Below are positions 31,344 through 42,323 of a stretch of 64,000 bases of DNA, in pieces. Where the stretch lies: positions 160,001-224,000 of the forward strand of contig CAWFGE010000015.1 in the NCBI GenBank assembly GCA_963815195.1. Direction: 5' to 3'. Made by a program: the position numbers and the translations under genes. The notes under the pieces are model-generated. The model did not search any database. It was not told where the DNA came from and worked only from the letters and a program-made list of their open reading frames with translations. Numbering within the stretch: the stretch's first letter is position 1; each line of letters starts with the position of its first letter. Source of the stretch: an uncultured Planctomycetaceae bacterium. GTDB taxonomy: Bacteria; Planctomycetota; Planctomycetia; Planctomycetales; Planctomycetaceae.

Positions 31344-33482
31344 ATGGCGATGATGTTTCGAATCACGCTGCCGCGGGATCTGTGCGTGTTTGCGCTGGTC
31401 GGGTTGATGGGCTGCACGCATTTGGTGGAAAGCCACGCCATCCACCAGTTCACCGATGCGCTCGAAGAGCAAAACTACGAGAACCTCCGCTCGGCCACGT
31501 CGAAGAAATTTGAAGAGCGGGCTCTCAAGACGGCCGAAGCCCTCGACGACTTCAAAATCCTGAACCTGCCCAAAGGCGAAACGAGCGTGGTCGAGGTGCA
31601 GGACACGTCCGAGACGGAAAAACTCGTCACGGTCTCGGCCGGCAAGCTCAAAAGGAAGCTGTTTTATCGACTGATCAAAGATCCCGGGACGGAAGAATGG
31701 GTCGTGGATGATGTTTACATCCGCCAGCGGAAAGGCGGCGTCAAAGTCGACAAGTCCGTGACCGAGCAAATGGACCTGTTGCAGGGCGTCCGCGAGTTTT
31801 TGACGGTCTGGGATTCCGGCACGCGCGAGGAAGTCTTAGGCGTCGCCACGCCGGATCTCGCCGCGGTGCTCGGCCAGCTCCCGCCGATGCAGCTCTCGCG
31901 GTTGTGCCGGTCGGTGGTCAGCGAGCACGTCGATGACAAACGGCACCACCCGCAGGCCCAACTGGACAACGATGTGGCCGTGGTCACGCTGCCTCGCAAG
32001 ACCGGGAAGATGATCCTGTCGTACAAGCTGATGGACGGCGAATGGCGGGTGAGCGACATCGCGGTGGAATCGAAAAAAGACCACGAGCACATTCCTTCCG
32101 TGCTGAAAACCGCGACCGTTATGCGAGCGGGAATCCAATTTCTGGAGGCCTACAACGCCGGCGACAAACCGCGTTTGAAAGGCGTGTGCCATCCCAAGTT
32201 TTACGAAGGCAGCATTCTGCCGGGCGATTTGAGCCTGGTCTCGCTGCCGAGCCAGTTTCTGACGACTGGCCAATACCACATCAAAATGCAAGGCAACCAG
32301 GCGGACTTCGTGATCGACGATGGGACGCAAGTCGTCAGAATCGGACTGAACCGCGACCTCAGCGACGACCCTCTGGACAAGAAAACGGTTTACCTGATCG
32401 ATGATGTCACCGTGTACGACACATCGAAGCCAGAGGACGAGCTACAGGAGATGCGGTTGTCGATGGTCTTCACCGGCCGGGCGGTGCTGCAACTGTTCCG
32501 GGAATCGTTGGCCGAGGGCAATCTGCCGCTCTTAAGGAAGACTGTCACGCAGGACTTCAGCAGACGGGTCTGGCAGCGAATCGAAGACGACGCCCTCGTC
32601 GAGTTCACGCCGCGGATCATGACCAACCACATCGAGAACACGCTCAAGGCGGAATACGACGGGGCGATCTGCAAAATCACCGTCACGCAAATGGGCCAGC
32701 CGGTGACGTATATCCTCAGAGACCACAGCGGGCAAGTGGCGGTGGACGATGTGCTGATCGACCATTCCGACGAATTGGCCTCGATGAAGGAAACCTTGGA
32801 AGTGCTGATCCCCGTGCGAAGGTTTCGGGAAGCGCTCGCCAACTCCGACCTGGGGACGTTGCAGCGGTCGTCCTCTTCCGACCTCAACCGCATGATCTGG
32901 AAGCAGGCCGACGATGTCCCCGCCGCGGGCAGAATCGCGGTCAAGCATCTCCAGGCCCCCTTGAAAAAGGTGGAGCACATGGAAGAGGGCAAGACTCTCG
33001 TTCAATTCGGCAACGACGCCTTCGGCTGCTCGGTGCTGTTGGTGACCGAGCACGATCAACAGGTGGTGGACGACATCGTGCTCGTCGCGGGCCTTCAACC
33101 GGAGTTGCGGGCGCGGCTCAAACGCAAAATGCGCGAGCAGATCGCATTCGGCGCGCCGGAACCGGATCCCAAATCCCAAGTGCTGCCCGCCGGTCATTGG
33201 GAACATCCGCCGCAGCAAAAGAGGCACGCGGTCAGCCAGGCCGGTTTCCAGGAAATCGAGCCGCTGCCGGAGGACGCTTCGCCGGTTCCGTTGCCGTCGG
33301 CCAACTTGCAGCGCGTCCAGAAAGCGATGCGGGAAGCCGAGCCGGTTCCGCATCCGCCTCTGCCGCCGCAAACTCCGCCCGGCCAGGTCGCCCCGCCGCT
33401 GTTTCCCAACGGCGAAGCCGATCTGGAACGCGTGCCGGAAATCAAACCCGAAGAGGTGCATTCGATTCGCCGGTCAATCTGA
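31344..33482 (+). CDS. Hypothetical lipoprotein with five internal NTF2-like repeats and a Pro-rich tail
   Basis: Lipobox LMG-C; recurring F..A...G(D/N)...L...S..F and V.DD(V/I) motifs; exact start uncertain (31329-31353). Confidence 0.75.
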   Translation: MAMMFRITLPRDLCVFALVGLMGCTHLVESHAIHQFTDALEEQNYENLRSATSKKFEERALKTAEALDDFKILNLPKGETSVVEVQDTSETEKLVTVSAGKLKRKLFYRLIKDPGTEEWVVDDVYIRQRKGGVKVDKSVTEQMDLLQGVREFLTVWDSGTREEVLGVATPDLAAVLGQLPPMQLSRLCRSVVSEHVDDKRHHPQAQLDNDVAVVTLPRKTGKMILSYKLMDGEWRVSDIAVESKKDHEHIPSVLKTATVMRAGIQFLEAYNAGDKPRLKGVCHPKFYEGSILPGDLSLVSLPSQFLTTGQYHIKMQGNQADFVIDDGTQVVRIGLNRDLSDDPLDKKTVYLIDDVTVYDTSKPEDELQEMRLSMVFTGRAVLQLFRESLAEGNLPLLRKTVTQDFSRRVWQRIEDDALVEFTPRIMTNHIENTLKAEYDGAICKITVTQMGQPVTYILRDHSGQVAVDDVLIDHSDELASMKETLEVLIPVRRFREALANSDLGTLQRSSSSDLNRMIWKQADDVPAAGRIAVKHLQAPLKKVEHMEEGKTLVQFGNDAFGCSVLLVTEHDQQVVDDIVLVAGLQPELRARLKRKMREQIAFGAPEPDPKSQVLPAGHWEHPPQQKRHAVSQAGFQEIEPLPEDASPVPLPSANLQRVQKAMREAEPVPHPPLPPQTPPGQVAPPLFPNGEADLERVPEIKPEEVHSIRRSI

Positions 33483-33986
33483 AACCGGGCCGCTGAATTC
33501 GGCAGCATGCAGGAACGTCACTATCGTCGCGGCGATCCGGGGAAGGGCTTGTTCCAACTCTTCGGACAAACTTTCTCCGGGCTCAAACCGCGTCGCGGAA
33601 ATTGTCCAGACGACAATCCGCGGCGGCTTAGGGTTCAGTTGAGCCATGAGGTCCAACACGGCGGGGAGTTCGAAATCATGGCTCCCACGCGCGGAACGGC
33701 GCTCGAGGATCGGCAACAGTTTGCGCGAAACGTCTCGGCCAGGTTGCCAATCCCAGCGGTTGAGTTCGCCTGCCGCCGCTGAGGTTTCCGCGGCATCGCA
33801 GAGGTGCAGCGTTTCGATCCCGCCCGACCAATCGAGCACATCCAGCGGAACGGCGGCTTTGCGGATATTGATCGAAGCGGGCAAGTCCGCCGCTTGGGCC
33901 AGTTCGTCCGCGATCCGCCAGCCGATCTGGTCGTCGCCGTGCGGACTGCCCAGGCCGACGAACAGAGTGGGCCGGCGATGATCCAT
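33474..33986 (-). CDS. Hydrogenase maturation endopeptidase
   Basis: VGLGSPHGDDQIG, LCDA, GSHDF; TGATG coupling to the large-subunit gene. Confidence 0.88.
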   Translation of the reverse strand: MDHRRPTLFVGLGSPHGDDQIGWRIADELAQAADLPASINIRKAAVPLDVLDWSGGIETLHLCDAAETSAAAGELNRWDWQPGRDVSRKLLPILERRSARGSHDFELPAVLDLMAQLNPKPPRIVVWTISATRFEPGESLSEELEQALPRIAATIVTFLHAAEFSGPVSD

Positions 33987-35290
33987 CAACCTTTTCGCTC
34001 CACGCTCAGCTTCAGAAAATGCGTCGAGCAACTGATGCAGGGATCGTAGCTGCGGATCAGCCGTTCGCAGGCCCGGGCCGCTTGGGAATCGTCCTCGTCC
34101 AACACGCCCGGCAGCCAATCCCTGAGGTCCGCTTCGATCTGTCCCTGATTCTGCGAAGTCGGCGGCACGATTTTGGCGAACGTGACCTTCCCTTCCTCGT
34201 TCACGGCGTAACGGTGATAAAGCAGGCCCCGCGGGGCTTCGGTCGCCGCACAGTTCTCGCCGGCCGTATGTTTGTATTCGACCCTTGGCGGATGAAAGGG
34301 CCGGTAATCCCTGAGAATCTCCAGGGCTTCTTCGTACGCGTGAATCACTTCCAACCCGCGGGCGATGATTGCCTGGAACGGATTGGAAGAGGGCGGCGAA
34401 AAACCGATCTCGCCGGCCACTTGGCGGGCGGAGGGCGAGAGGCGGTCGAAATTCAGATTCACGCGGGCCAAAGGTCCGACGTGATAGCAGGTCTTCGCGG
34501 CCGTCCGCACGGATTGCAAGGCCGTGCTGTGGGCGACTTGATGTTCCGCAAACTCCCTCTCGTAATCCGAAACCTCGATCGACAGCCCGGCAGTCGAAGC
34601 GATCCGGCCTTCGTTCATCGCATATTCGCCGGGATGACTGAGGGCCACCATTTCGTAATCGCGCTGGAAGTCGGGAAAGTCAAACGCGGCGACCCATCTT
34701 GCCGCGTCCATGGCGGCTTCCCGTCCCCATTCAAAAGCGGGGATCAGCTTTTCGAGATCCTTCCGCTTGCGGCGCACGGTAAAACCCGCCGACGGCGACG
34801 TTGATCGGATGAATCGGCCGCCCGCCCAAAACTTCCAAAAGTTCGTTGCCGTGCTTTTTCAGTTGGAGCCCGCGCTGGAATTCCCGCGGAAACCGACCGG
34901 CCATTTCGAGGCCGCTTTCCATGCCGAAGAAATCGGGCGCATGGAGCAGGTGCATGTGCAACGTATGGCTTTCGATCCATTCCCCGCAGTAAAGCAGCCG
35001 CCTGAGCCGGCGGATCTCCGGTGAGACGGAAACGCCGAGCGCCTTTCGAGGGCGTGCACCGAACTCATCTGGTAGGCGACGGGGCAGATGCCGCAAATGC
35101 GGGCCGTGATGTCCGGCACATCTTCCAGCGGTCGATCCCGCAGAAACGCCTCGAAGAACCGGGGCGGCTCGTAGATCGAAAGCTGCACCTCTTCGATCAC
35201 GCCGCCTTTCAACGTGACGTGGAGGCCCCCTTCGCCCTCGACCCGCGAAATGGCCTCGACCTGAATCTTGCGAATCCGCGCTTCATCCAT
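33986..35290 (-). CDS. [NiFe]-hydrogenase large subunit (group 3b-like); frameshifts at ~35045 and ~34765
   Basis: RVEGEG, L1 [16 protein letters not shown]2 DPCISCSTH followed by a short cleavable tail. Confidence 0.9.
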
Positions 35291-35478
35291 TGTCACGAGA
35301 AAAACAGAGAGGTTGAAAACTCGGCTGGGAACACGAAATCGGCCTGCACAGGAGCAAGCCGCCCCAACGCCAGTTATACTGGCGCGGTCCCCCTTCGGCA
35401 ACGGCTTCCCCCTTTGCGGCCTTTGTTCCTCCTATTTGAAAAGTGAACGTCACCTAGAGTTCGATAAGGTCACCATTC

Positions 35479-36848
35479 ATGTCTTCCGAATTCGAGACTC
35501 CGTTATATCGGGAAGAATACCCCACCGGTCGGCGGTATGTGATCTTCTTCCTCGCGGCGGGCACGTCCTGGTTTCTCTACCTGCACCGCTACACCTGGAA
35601 TTTCATCCGGCCGGCATCGAAAAGGAATTCGGATTCACGAATCTGGAACTCTCCGGGCTGTACACGCTCTTCCAAGTGACCTACATGACGTTTCAGATCC
35701 CGAGCGGCGTGGTCTGCGATCTGTTTGGGCCGCATCTGTTTTTGGCGATCATCATCGCCGCCTGGTCGCTCATGCTGCCTTGCTTCGGGCTGACGACGCG
35801 GTACTGGGGCTTGGGCACGTTTCGCTTGCTGTTCGGAGTGACCCAGGCCGGCGGCTATCCGTCGCTGTCGAAAGTCACGAAATCCTGGTTTCCGCTACGG
35901 GCCCGCACCACCATGCAAGGCTTGATCGCGAGCTTCTTCGGCCGCAGCGGCGGCGCGATGTCCTCCATCATCATGGGGACCTTGCTCATGGGACTTCTGG
36001 GCATGTCCTGGCGGGCGGCTCTGGTTGTGATGGGGGCCGCGGGGTTGGTCTTCGCCTTCCTGTTTTATCTGTTCTACCGCAACAACCCCGAAGAAGACCC
36101 CTGGACCAACCAGGCGGAACGCGATCTGATCCGCGAAGGCGAGGTCGAAGTCTCCGGCGGACCGCCGGTGCTCCCGTTTTGGCGCGCCGTCAAAAACCGC
36201 AGTCTGCTGGTGTTCATGTTTCAGCAGGTCATGAATGCGGGCCCCGATTACATCTACGCCGCCGAGATGGGCAGCTACTTCATCAACGTCCGCGGCGTCG
36301 ATGGCGCGATGGCCGGGCTTCTGGTGAGCCTGCCCTTATGGGGCGGAGCCTTGGGCGGCGTGTCCGGCGGCGTGGTCAACGATTACCTCATCACCCGCAC
36401 GAAGAACCGCCGCTGGTCGCGGTCGGCGGTCGGGTTCAGCGGCAAATTCCTGGCGTGCCTTTTGATGTTGATCGCCCTGCAACAAAGCAACGGCCTCGCC
36501 GCCGCCGTGTGTTTGTTCGCCGTCAAGTTCTTCAGCGACTGGTCGCAACCCACGGTGTGGGGAACCTGCACCGACATGGGCGGCCGATATTCCGCCACCA
36601 CGTTCAGCATCATCAACACCTGCGGCGGACTGGGCGGCGTCGTCACCCCGCTGATCGGCGGATACCTTCTGGACAGAAACACCCACAAGGAAGTCATCGG
36701 CGGCGTGGAGAAACTCACCACGGATTACACCCCGTTGTTCATGCTGGTCGCGGGCATGTATCTCGTCAGCGCCGCATGCTGGTTCTTCATCGACTGCACC
36801 CACTCCCTCGAACGCGACGATCCGCCGGTGGAGGAAAGCGGATCTTGA
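35479..36848 (+). CDS. MFS transporter (ACS/sugar-acid type); frameshift at ~35612
   Basis: YLHRY, QIPSGVVCDLFGP, WFPLRAR, YRNNPEED..NQAERDLI. Confidence 0.85.
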
Positions 36849-36992
36849 GGGAACGTTCCGTGAGGGGCTGATTCGCCGAGCGGACGCCGCAGACGATCCG
36901 ACGTTCTTACCCGTTCCGTTGTTTTGTTAATACCCAGCGCGGAGTGCGGTTCATAACCTGGACCGCCTTTTCGCCTTTTTGGAGCGGGTCAA

Positions 36993-37898
36993 ATGCTTGC
37001 CATTTCACAAAGAAAAATCACCGCCCGGTGGTCAAAACGATCCGCGTGGCTGCCGCTTGTGATCTTGCCGGTGATGGCCTTATGGCTGGCCAGCGCCTGG
37101 CCGCCGTGGGCCTTTATGTGGATGCTGGCTTTTTCGATCTACGTTGCCCTTAAATGGCTCAGCTTCGCCGATGCCATCGATCCGGCCCGGAGGCCGGCCG
37201 GGGGGTCGCTGGCGTATTTGCTGCTTTGGCCGGGCATGGATGCGAAGGCATTTTTCCAAATCGACAAATCGGTTCAACGTCCGCGCGGGCGGGAGTGGTT
37301 CCTTGCGATGGCCAAAATGGCTCTCGGCGCGATCCTCGTTGTTGTCGCGGCGGTGCGCGTGCAGGCCGATCCGCTGGGCGCGGGATGGGTCGGCATGGTG
37401 GGGATGGTGGTCGCGCTGCACTTCGGGTTGTTTCATTTGTTATCCGTCGCCTGGAGGCGGGCGGGGATCGATGCGCGACCGATTATGGACGCCCCGTTCT
37501 TGGCTTCATCTCTCAGTGACTTTTGGGGCAGGCGATGGAATCTGGCCTTTCGAGATTTGGCCCACGCTTATGTCTTCCGTCCACTCGTGGGCACGCTCGG
37601 CGGTGCCGGGGCCACGCTAGCGGTGTTCCTTGTGTCCGGCCTCGTCCACGATTTCGTGATCTCACTCCCCGCACGGGGCGGCTATGGACGGCCGACGCTG
37701 TATTTTGCTGTTCAGGGCGTCGGGGCAGTGTTCGAGCGGACGCGGCTTGGCAAACGCATCGGAACCAGAAAAGCCGTCGCCGGGCGCCTGTTCTGCAGCG
37801 TTGTCATTCTGGGACCGATTTTCCTCTTGTTTCATCGGCCTTTCGTGGAGCGGGTGATCGTTCCCATGCTCGCGGCGATTCACGGAATTGGAGGTTAA
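36993..37898 (+). CDS. MBOAT-family (wax synthase-like) acyltransferase
   Basis: PFLASSLSDFWGRRWN, FLVSGLVHD. Confidence 0.85.
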   Translation: MLAISQRKITARWSKRSAWLPLVILPVMALWLASAWPPWAFMWMLAFSIYVALKWLSFADAIDPARRPAGGSLAYLLLWPGMDAKAFFQIDKSVQRPRGREWFLAMAKMALGAILVVVAAVRVQADPLGAGWVGMVGMVVALHFGLFHLLSVAWRRAGIDARPIMDAPFLASSLSDFWGRRWNLAFRDLAHAYVFRPLVGTLGGAGATLAVFLVSGLVHDFVISLPARGGYGRPTLYFAVQGVGAVFERTRLGKRIGTRKAVAGRLFCSVVILGPIFLLFHRPFVERVIVPMLAAIHGIGG

Positions 37899-37901
37899 GC
37901 G

Positions 37902-38315
37902 ATGGACCTGGAACGACTCATTTTCATCGGAGGCATCCTGCATTTCGGCATTCTGCTCGCCAGTGCGATGGTTCCCCAGGTGTTGGATTGGCGGGAATCG
38001 CTGAGCAAACTCGATGGATTGACCCGCCAGCTTGTCTGGGTCCATGGGGCGTTTATTGTCTTGGTGATCGTCGGCTTCGGATTGCTCTCCCTGCTATTTG
38101 CCGGCGAGCTTGCGATCGGGACTCCGCTCGCGCGGGGAGTCTGCAGTTTCATCGCATTTTTCTGGGCGGCGAGACTGGTGGTGCAGTTCTTCGTCTTTGA
38201 CGCCAAGCCGTACCTGAGAACCCCGTTTCTGAAAGCCGGTTACCACGGCTTGACGATTGTTTTCCTTTACCACGCGATCGTTTACTCCGCGGCGGCGTTC
38301 CAGCCCGGTCTATAG
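37902..38315 (+). CDS. Hypothetical 4-TM membrane protein
   Basis: 137 aa; GGAGG SD; starts 3 nt after the MBOAT stop. Confidence 0.8.
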   Translation: MDLERLIFIGGILHFGILLASAMVPQVLDWRESLSKLDGLTRQLVWVHGAFIVLVIVGFGLLSLLFAGELAIGTPLARGVCSFIAFFWAARLVVQFFVFDAKPYLRTPFLKAGYHGLTIVFLYHAIVYSAAAFQPGL

Positions 38316-38486
38316 GAGAGGCGTGTTCGGCTTCAAACGGTTCGAAACTTGGCGGGAAGCACGCTTTGTTGGCGGGACAAACAAAACGGATTGCGAACGC
38401 GTTCCGCGGTTGGCGTGGCCCTGTGGTCTGGCGAATAATACAGGAGAGGTTGAAATCCGACACACAGATCTGGGGAGCACGTTTTT

Positions 38487-40048
38487 ATGCCGGTTCGAGG
38501 GAAACCGAACAAGCCGCCGTCCGTTCCGCTGCGCGATTCGGAACTCGCGAGGCGGTTTGTTTTGGAGGGCCTGTTGTTGCAAAGCGTCCAGCCGCCCGCG
38601 CCCGAAGCGGTTTCGGCCGTTTTGGAATGGTACTTGGAAGCGGCGGTGGAGGGGTTTCCGCTGCCTCCGATCGGCGTGGTGGCCGATGTGGGACATTTGG
38701 CCTTCGGGCGGGAAATCCAGGCGGAGCCCGCCGGGGACGATTCCCATTCCTCGCTCCCGCCTCCGCAGCAGTTGTCTTCCACGCTGCGCCGGCAGTATGA
38801 GGATCTGTTCCTCGGCAAGCTTTACGGGGACCGTTCGTTCGATCGCGGCGTGGATGGGTTAAGGCGGTATTCCGACCGCCGGGACCGGGCAAAGGGCCTC
38901 GCGTTTTTGATCGGACAACTCGGCCGCCGGGCCGGTTATCGCGGGGTGGAGCTGAGTCCTGCCGTGCTTCGAGACCTGCTGCGGTTGGACGGGGCCGACG
39001 TCCTCAAGCAGGCTCTAACCAGCCTCGGCGAACATGGCCCCATTCGGCTCGAGGACCTGGAGGGTTTTCCGTTCTCTGAGAAGCACGATCCCGCGATGAC
39101 GCTGATGGAGTTTCTCTATCAGGATGTGATTGTGCACACGCGGAACTTGGCGGACGCGCTCGGCACGGAGGATGTGTTCGAGTTGGAGCACGGGACCGCG
39201 ATTTCGGGACAGGGGCCGCGCGAGGGCATCCGGGAGGTGCTGCGCCGGCCGCGAAATTGGAAGCCGGCGTCCCCCAGCAGAAGGTGCAAGCCCTAAAGCG
39301 CCCGCAGCAGATCGCCACGCGAATCCTGGAGGAAGACACCTATCCCATCGGCGGGTTTTCGTCGATTTCCAATCGCGGCAGCATCGAAAGTTTGCTGCAC
39401 TCGCAGCTCGCCTACATGGAAAAAAACGAGCGGCCGGACATGTTCGACATCAAGTTCCTGCGGGATGAGCTGCTGTATTATTCTCGCGATGAGAACCGCT
39501 TCCTCAGACGCCGGCGGAGTTTTGTGTTCGCCCTCTTTCCCGATTTGGCGGACGCCCGCGTCAAAGACCGGGATCTGAAAACGCAACCCACGATTATGTT
39601 GTTGGGGCTGCTTTTCGTTGCGGTTCGCCGGTTGACGGACTGGCTGAGCGAAGATGCGCTGTTGTTTGATTTTGTGTTCCGCAAACCCCACGACAAAAAG
39701 CGAGAGGAATCGATGCCGCTGGCCGCTGAGCGCGAACTCTTGGAGATTCTGTTCCGCGAGCAAATCGCCAACAACACCGTGCAGTTGACGAACTTGGAGA
39801 ATATCGAGGATTTCAAAAAGCACTGCGAAGAGCAGGCCCGGCGGAGTTTATGCCATTGCACTTTGCTTTCCACGAAGGATCAGGCGTTCGAGTTCGACAA
39901 CGCGTACGTCAGCCGATTGCGTTTGGACGGGGCGTTGCCCGCCGTGACAATCGGGGACGCCGAGGCCGCTCCGCTCGAAGGCGAAGGGCCGCTGGAAATG
40001 TGGAAAGCCGGCCTGGTTCGGCTTCTCGAAAACTGGGTCGCGGATTGA
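38487..40048 (+). CDS. Conserved hypothetical protein, frameshifted near 39210-39260
   Basis: Two overlapping protein-like ORFs; DTYPIGGFSSISNRGSIESLLHSQL...ELLYYSRDEN. Confidence 0.7.
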
Positions 40049-40126
40049 CCGCGGTGCATTGCGCTGTCGTCCGGTTGTTCCCGTGAATCGGGGCGCCCTT
40101 CGGCTAATGCGTGCGACGATTATTTC

Positions 40127-41466
40127 TCAAGCGGTCCCTACTTCAACACAGCCCGGACCGTCTCGATCAAGTCCGCCTCCGGCACGGTGGTTTGGTCGCC
40201 TGTGTCCAAGTCTTTGACTTGCCAGGTGCCGGCGGCGAATTCCTCCTCGCCGGCGATGATCGCCACCCGAAAGCCTTTGCGGTTGGCATATTTGAGTCTG
40301 TTTCCCCAGGCCCTTCGATTCGGGATAGACTTCCGTCGCCAAACCGGCGGACCGGAGCAAGCGGCCGATGCGAAGATAATCGCCCGCGCTGGGCATCGAA
40401 GATCGTGACCAAAATCGGTGCGGGGGTGCTGGCGGTGCGGATCATGCCCAGTTCCTCCATCGCCGCGAGCAGGCGGTCCAAGCCCAGGCTGGCCCCGATG
40501 CCGGGGAGTTTCTGTTTCGTGAACAGTTCCGCGAGGTTGTCATACCGCCCGCCCGAGCACACGCTGCCAATGCCCGGCAGGTCGCCCAGGAAGGTCTCGT
40601 AAATCGTGCCCGTGTAATAATCGAGTCCCCGCGCAATCGACACATCGAGCGCCAGACCGCTCCGAAGAAATCCCCGCCGTCCGGCAGGCGTCGAACAACT
40701 CTGTCAAGTTGGCAACGCCTTGCGAACCGGCTTCGTTTCCCGCAAGCATCCCGTTCAACTCGGCGAGAATCTCCTGCGGGCTGCCTTGGAGCGAGGAAAG
40801 TTTCAGCACCGCATCGGCCTGCTCATTCGTCGCGCCCACGGCTTCCATCATCTCGGCTTTGACTTTTTCCCGCCCGATCTTGGCGAGCTTGTCGAGCGCC
40901 CGCAGGATCCCCGTGGACTGCTCCGCCAGACCGAGTTGGCTCAATAAGCCATTTAAGATCAGCCGATTGTTCACACGGATCGTAAACGACGAGAATCCGA
41001 TGCGGTCCATCAGATCGTGGATCACCAGCAGGGTTTCGATGTCGGCGATGTTGGAATCGGTGCCGATGGTGTCGAAGTCGCACTGCATGAACTCGCGGAA
41101 CCGCCCCCGCTGCGGCTTTTCGCCGCGCCACACGGTGCCGATGTGATACCGCTTAAACGGCGTGCCGATGTCATTCAAATGCTGGGCGGCATAGCGGGCG
41201 AGCGGCACGGTCAGGTCGAACCGCATCGCCACGTCGCGGTTGCCGTGATCCATGAAGCGGAACAGTTGCTTGTCGGATTCCTCGCCGCCTTTGCCTTGGA
41301 GGATCTCGGCGTATTCCAGAGCCGGCGTATCGATCGGACTGAAGCCGTAGCTGCGGTACACCGCGCGGGCGGTATCGATCAGGCCTTCGCGGGCCATCAT
41401 CTGGTCCGGCAAATGATCGCGAAAACCCTTGAGCGTGCGAGGTTCGATGAGGGAAGTTTTAGTCAC
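40127..41466 (-). CDS. hisS: Histidyl-tRNA synthetase; three frameshifts (~40655, ~40385, ~40297)
   Basis: RFDLTVPLARY, WRGEKPQRGRFREFMQCDFD, ARGLDYYTG, SGGRYDNL; anticodon-binding domain in the downstream frames. Confidence 0.95.
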
Positions 41467-41532
41467 AGTGCGTTGTCGGTTGGGGAATCAAAAATCGTTT
41501 GGGAGTTTTGTCGTTTCGGCCCTTCAGGGCTC

Positions 41533-41603
41533 TTGTGAGCGGCACGGCGCATAGCCGCCGGTTTTGTGTGAGAAACCGGCGGCTAGCGCCGTGCCGCTCA
41601 CAA
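41533..41603. repeat. REP-like inverted pair (family A)
   Basis: TTGTGAGCGGCACGGCGCATAGCCGCCGGTTT / AAACCGGCGGCTAGCGCCGTGCCGCTCACAA. Confidence 0.85.
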
Positions 41604-41613
41604 AAAGCCTCTT

Positions 41614-42048
41614 TCAATTGAGGACCGGCAGTCGGCCGGCGGGGTTCGCGGTTTCGCGTTTTTTCGGCGGGAGCACGGCTTCCGCGTATTCCCAAATCTG
41701 GTCCGCCGACTCGAACAGCTTATCGTAACAGGCATCGTTGTCGTATTCGCAGTTTTCGGTCGTATAAGACCGGCAGATGGACGGCCGGTCCTGATAGATG
41801 CCGCAACGGTGGTCCGGTTGCAAATGCTCGCAGTCGGCGAACACCATCAGATACCACGTCTCATCCTCCACAAAGATCGACACGTTCCCGTGGAACATGT
41901 ACCAGCGAATGTGGTCGAAATCCTCCCAGGTCGTCGGCGTTTCAATCGGCAAGGCGAAATACCGGCAGCACTTCCCCGTGCAGTACGAACACAACACCTC
42001 GCCCGGCTTCAAATCTTCCCGGCGAATTTTCCGTATTGGTTTTGGCAT
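41614..42048 (-). CDS. YkgJ-family cysteine-cluster protein
   Basis: CSYCTGKCC...CEHL...CGIYQDRPSICRSY. Confidence 0.88.
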   Translation of the reverse strand: MPKPIRKIRREDLKPGEVLCSYCTGKCCRYFALPIETPTTWEDFDHIRWYMFHGNVSIFVEDETWYLMVFADCEHLQPDHRCGIYQDRPSICRSYTTENCEYDNDACYDKLFESADQIWEYAEAVLPPKKRETANPAGRLPVLN

Positions 42049-42095
42049 GAGCGGTTTTCCTGTTCAGCAAGATGGCGGACCCGCCTCATTTTAGA

Positions 42096-42226
42096 AAGGC
42101 GAGCGGGAGGTGTCAGCCTCCCGGTCACTCGCGAGCGTTAAAAACTTCCATTCCGCGGCTCGATGGATGGCGACGCTTTTGGAAGCCGTCGACGAGACCA
42201 GGAGGCTGACGCCTCCCGCTCGCCTT
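42096..42226. repeat. REP-like inverted pair (family F)
   Basis: AAGGCGAGCGGGAGGTGTCAGCCTCCCGGTC / GACCAGGAGGCTGACGCCTCCCGCTCGCCTT. Confidence 0.82.
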
Positions 42227-42235
42227 GGGTTCCGC

Positions 42236-42264
42236 TTGAGCAAAAACGCCCGGAGCGTTAAGAT
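42236..42264 (+). promoter_or_regulatory. Putative sigma70 promoter of the DUF1549 operon
   Basis: TTGAGC-17 nt-TAAGAT. Confidence 0.45.
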
Positions 42265-42323
42265 CAACGTTTGATTATGTTTTAGATTCCATCTGTTTCC
42301 ACAGGCTGATGTTGGTTTGCCGC

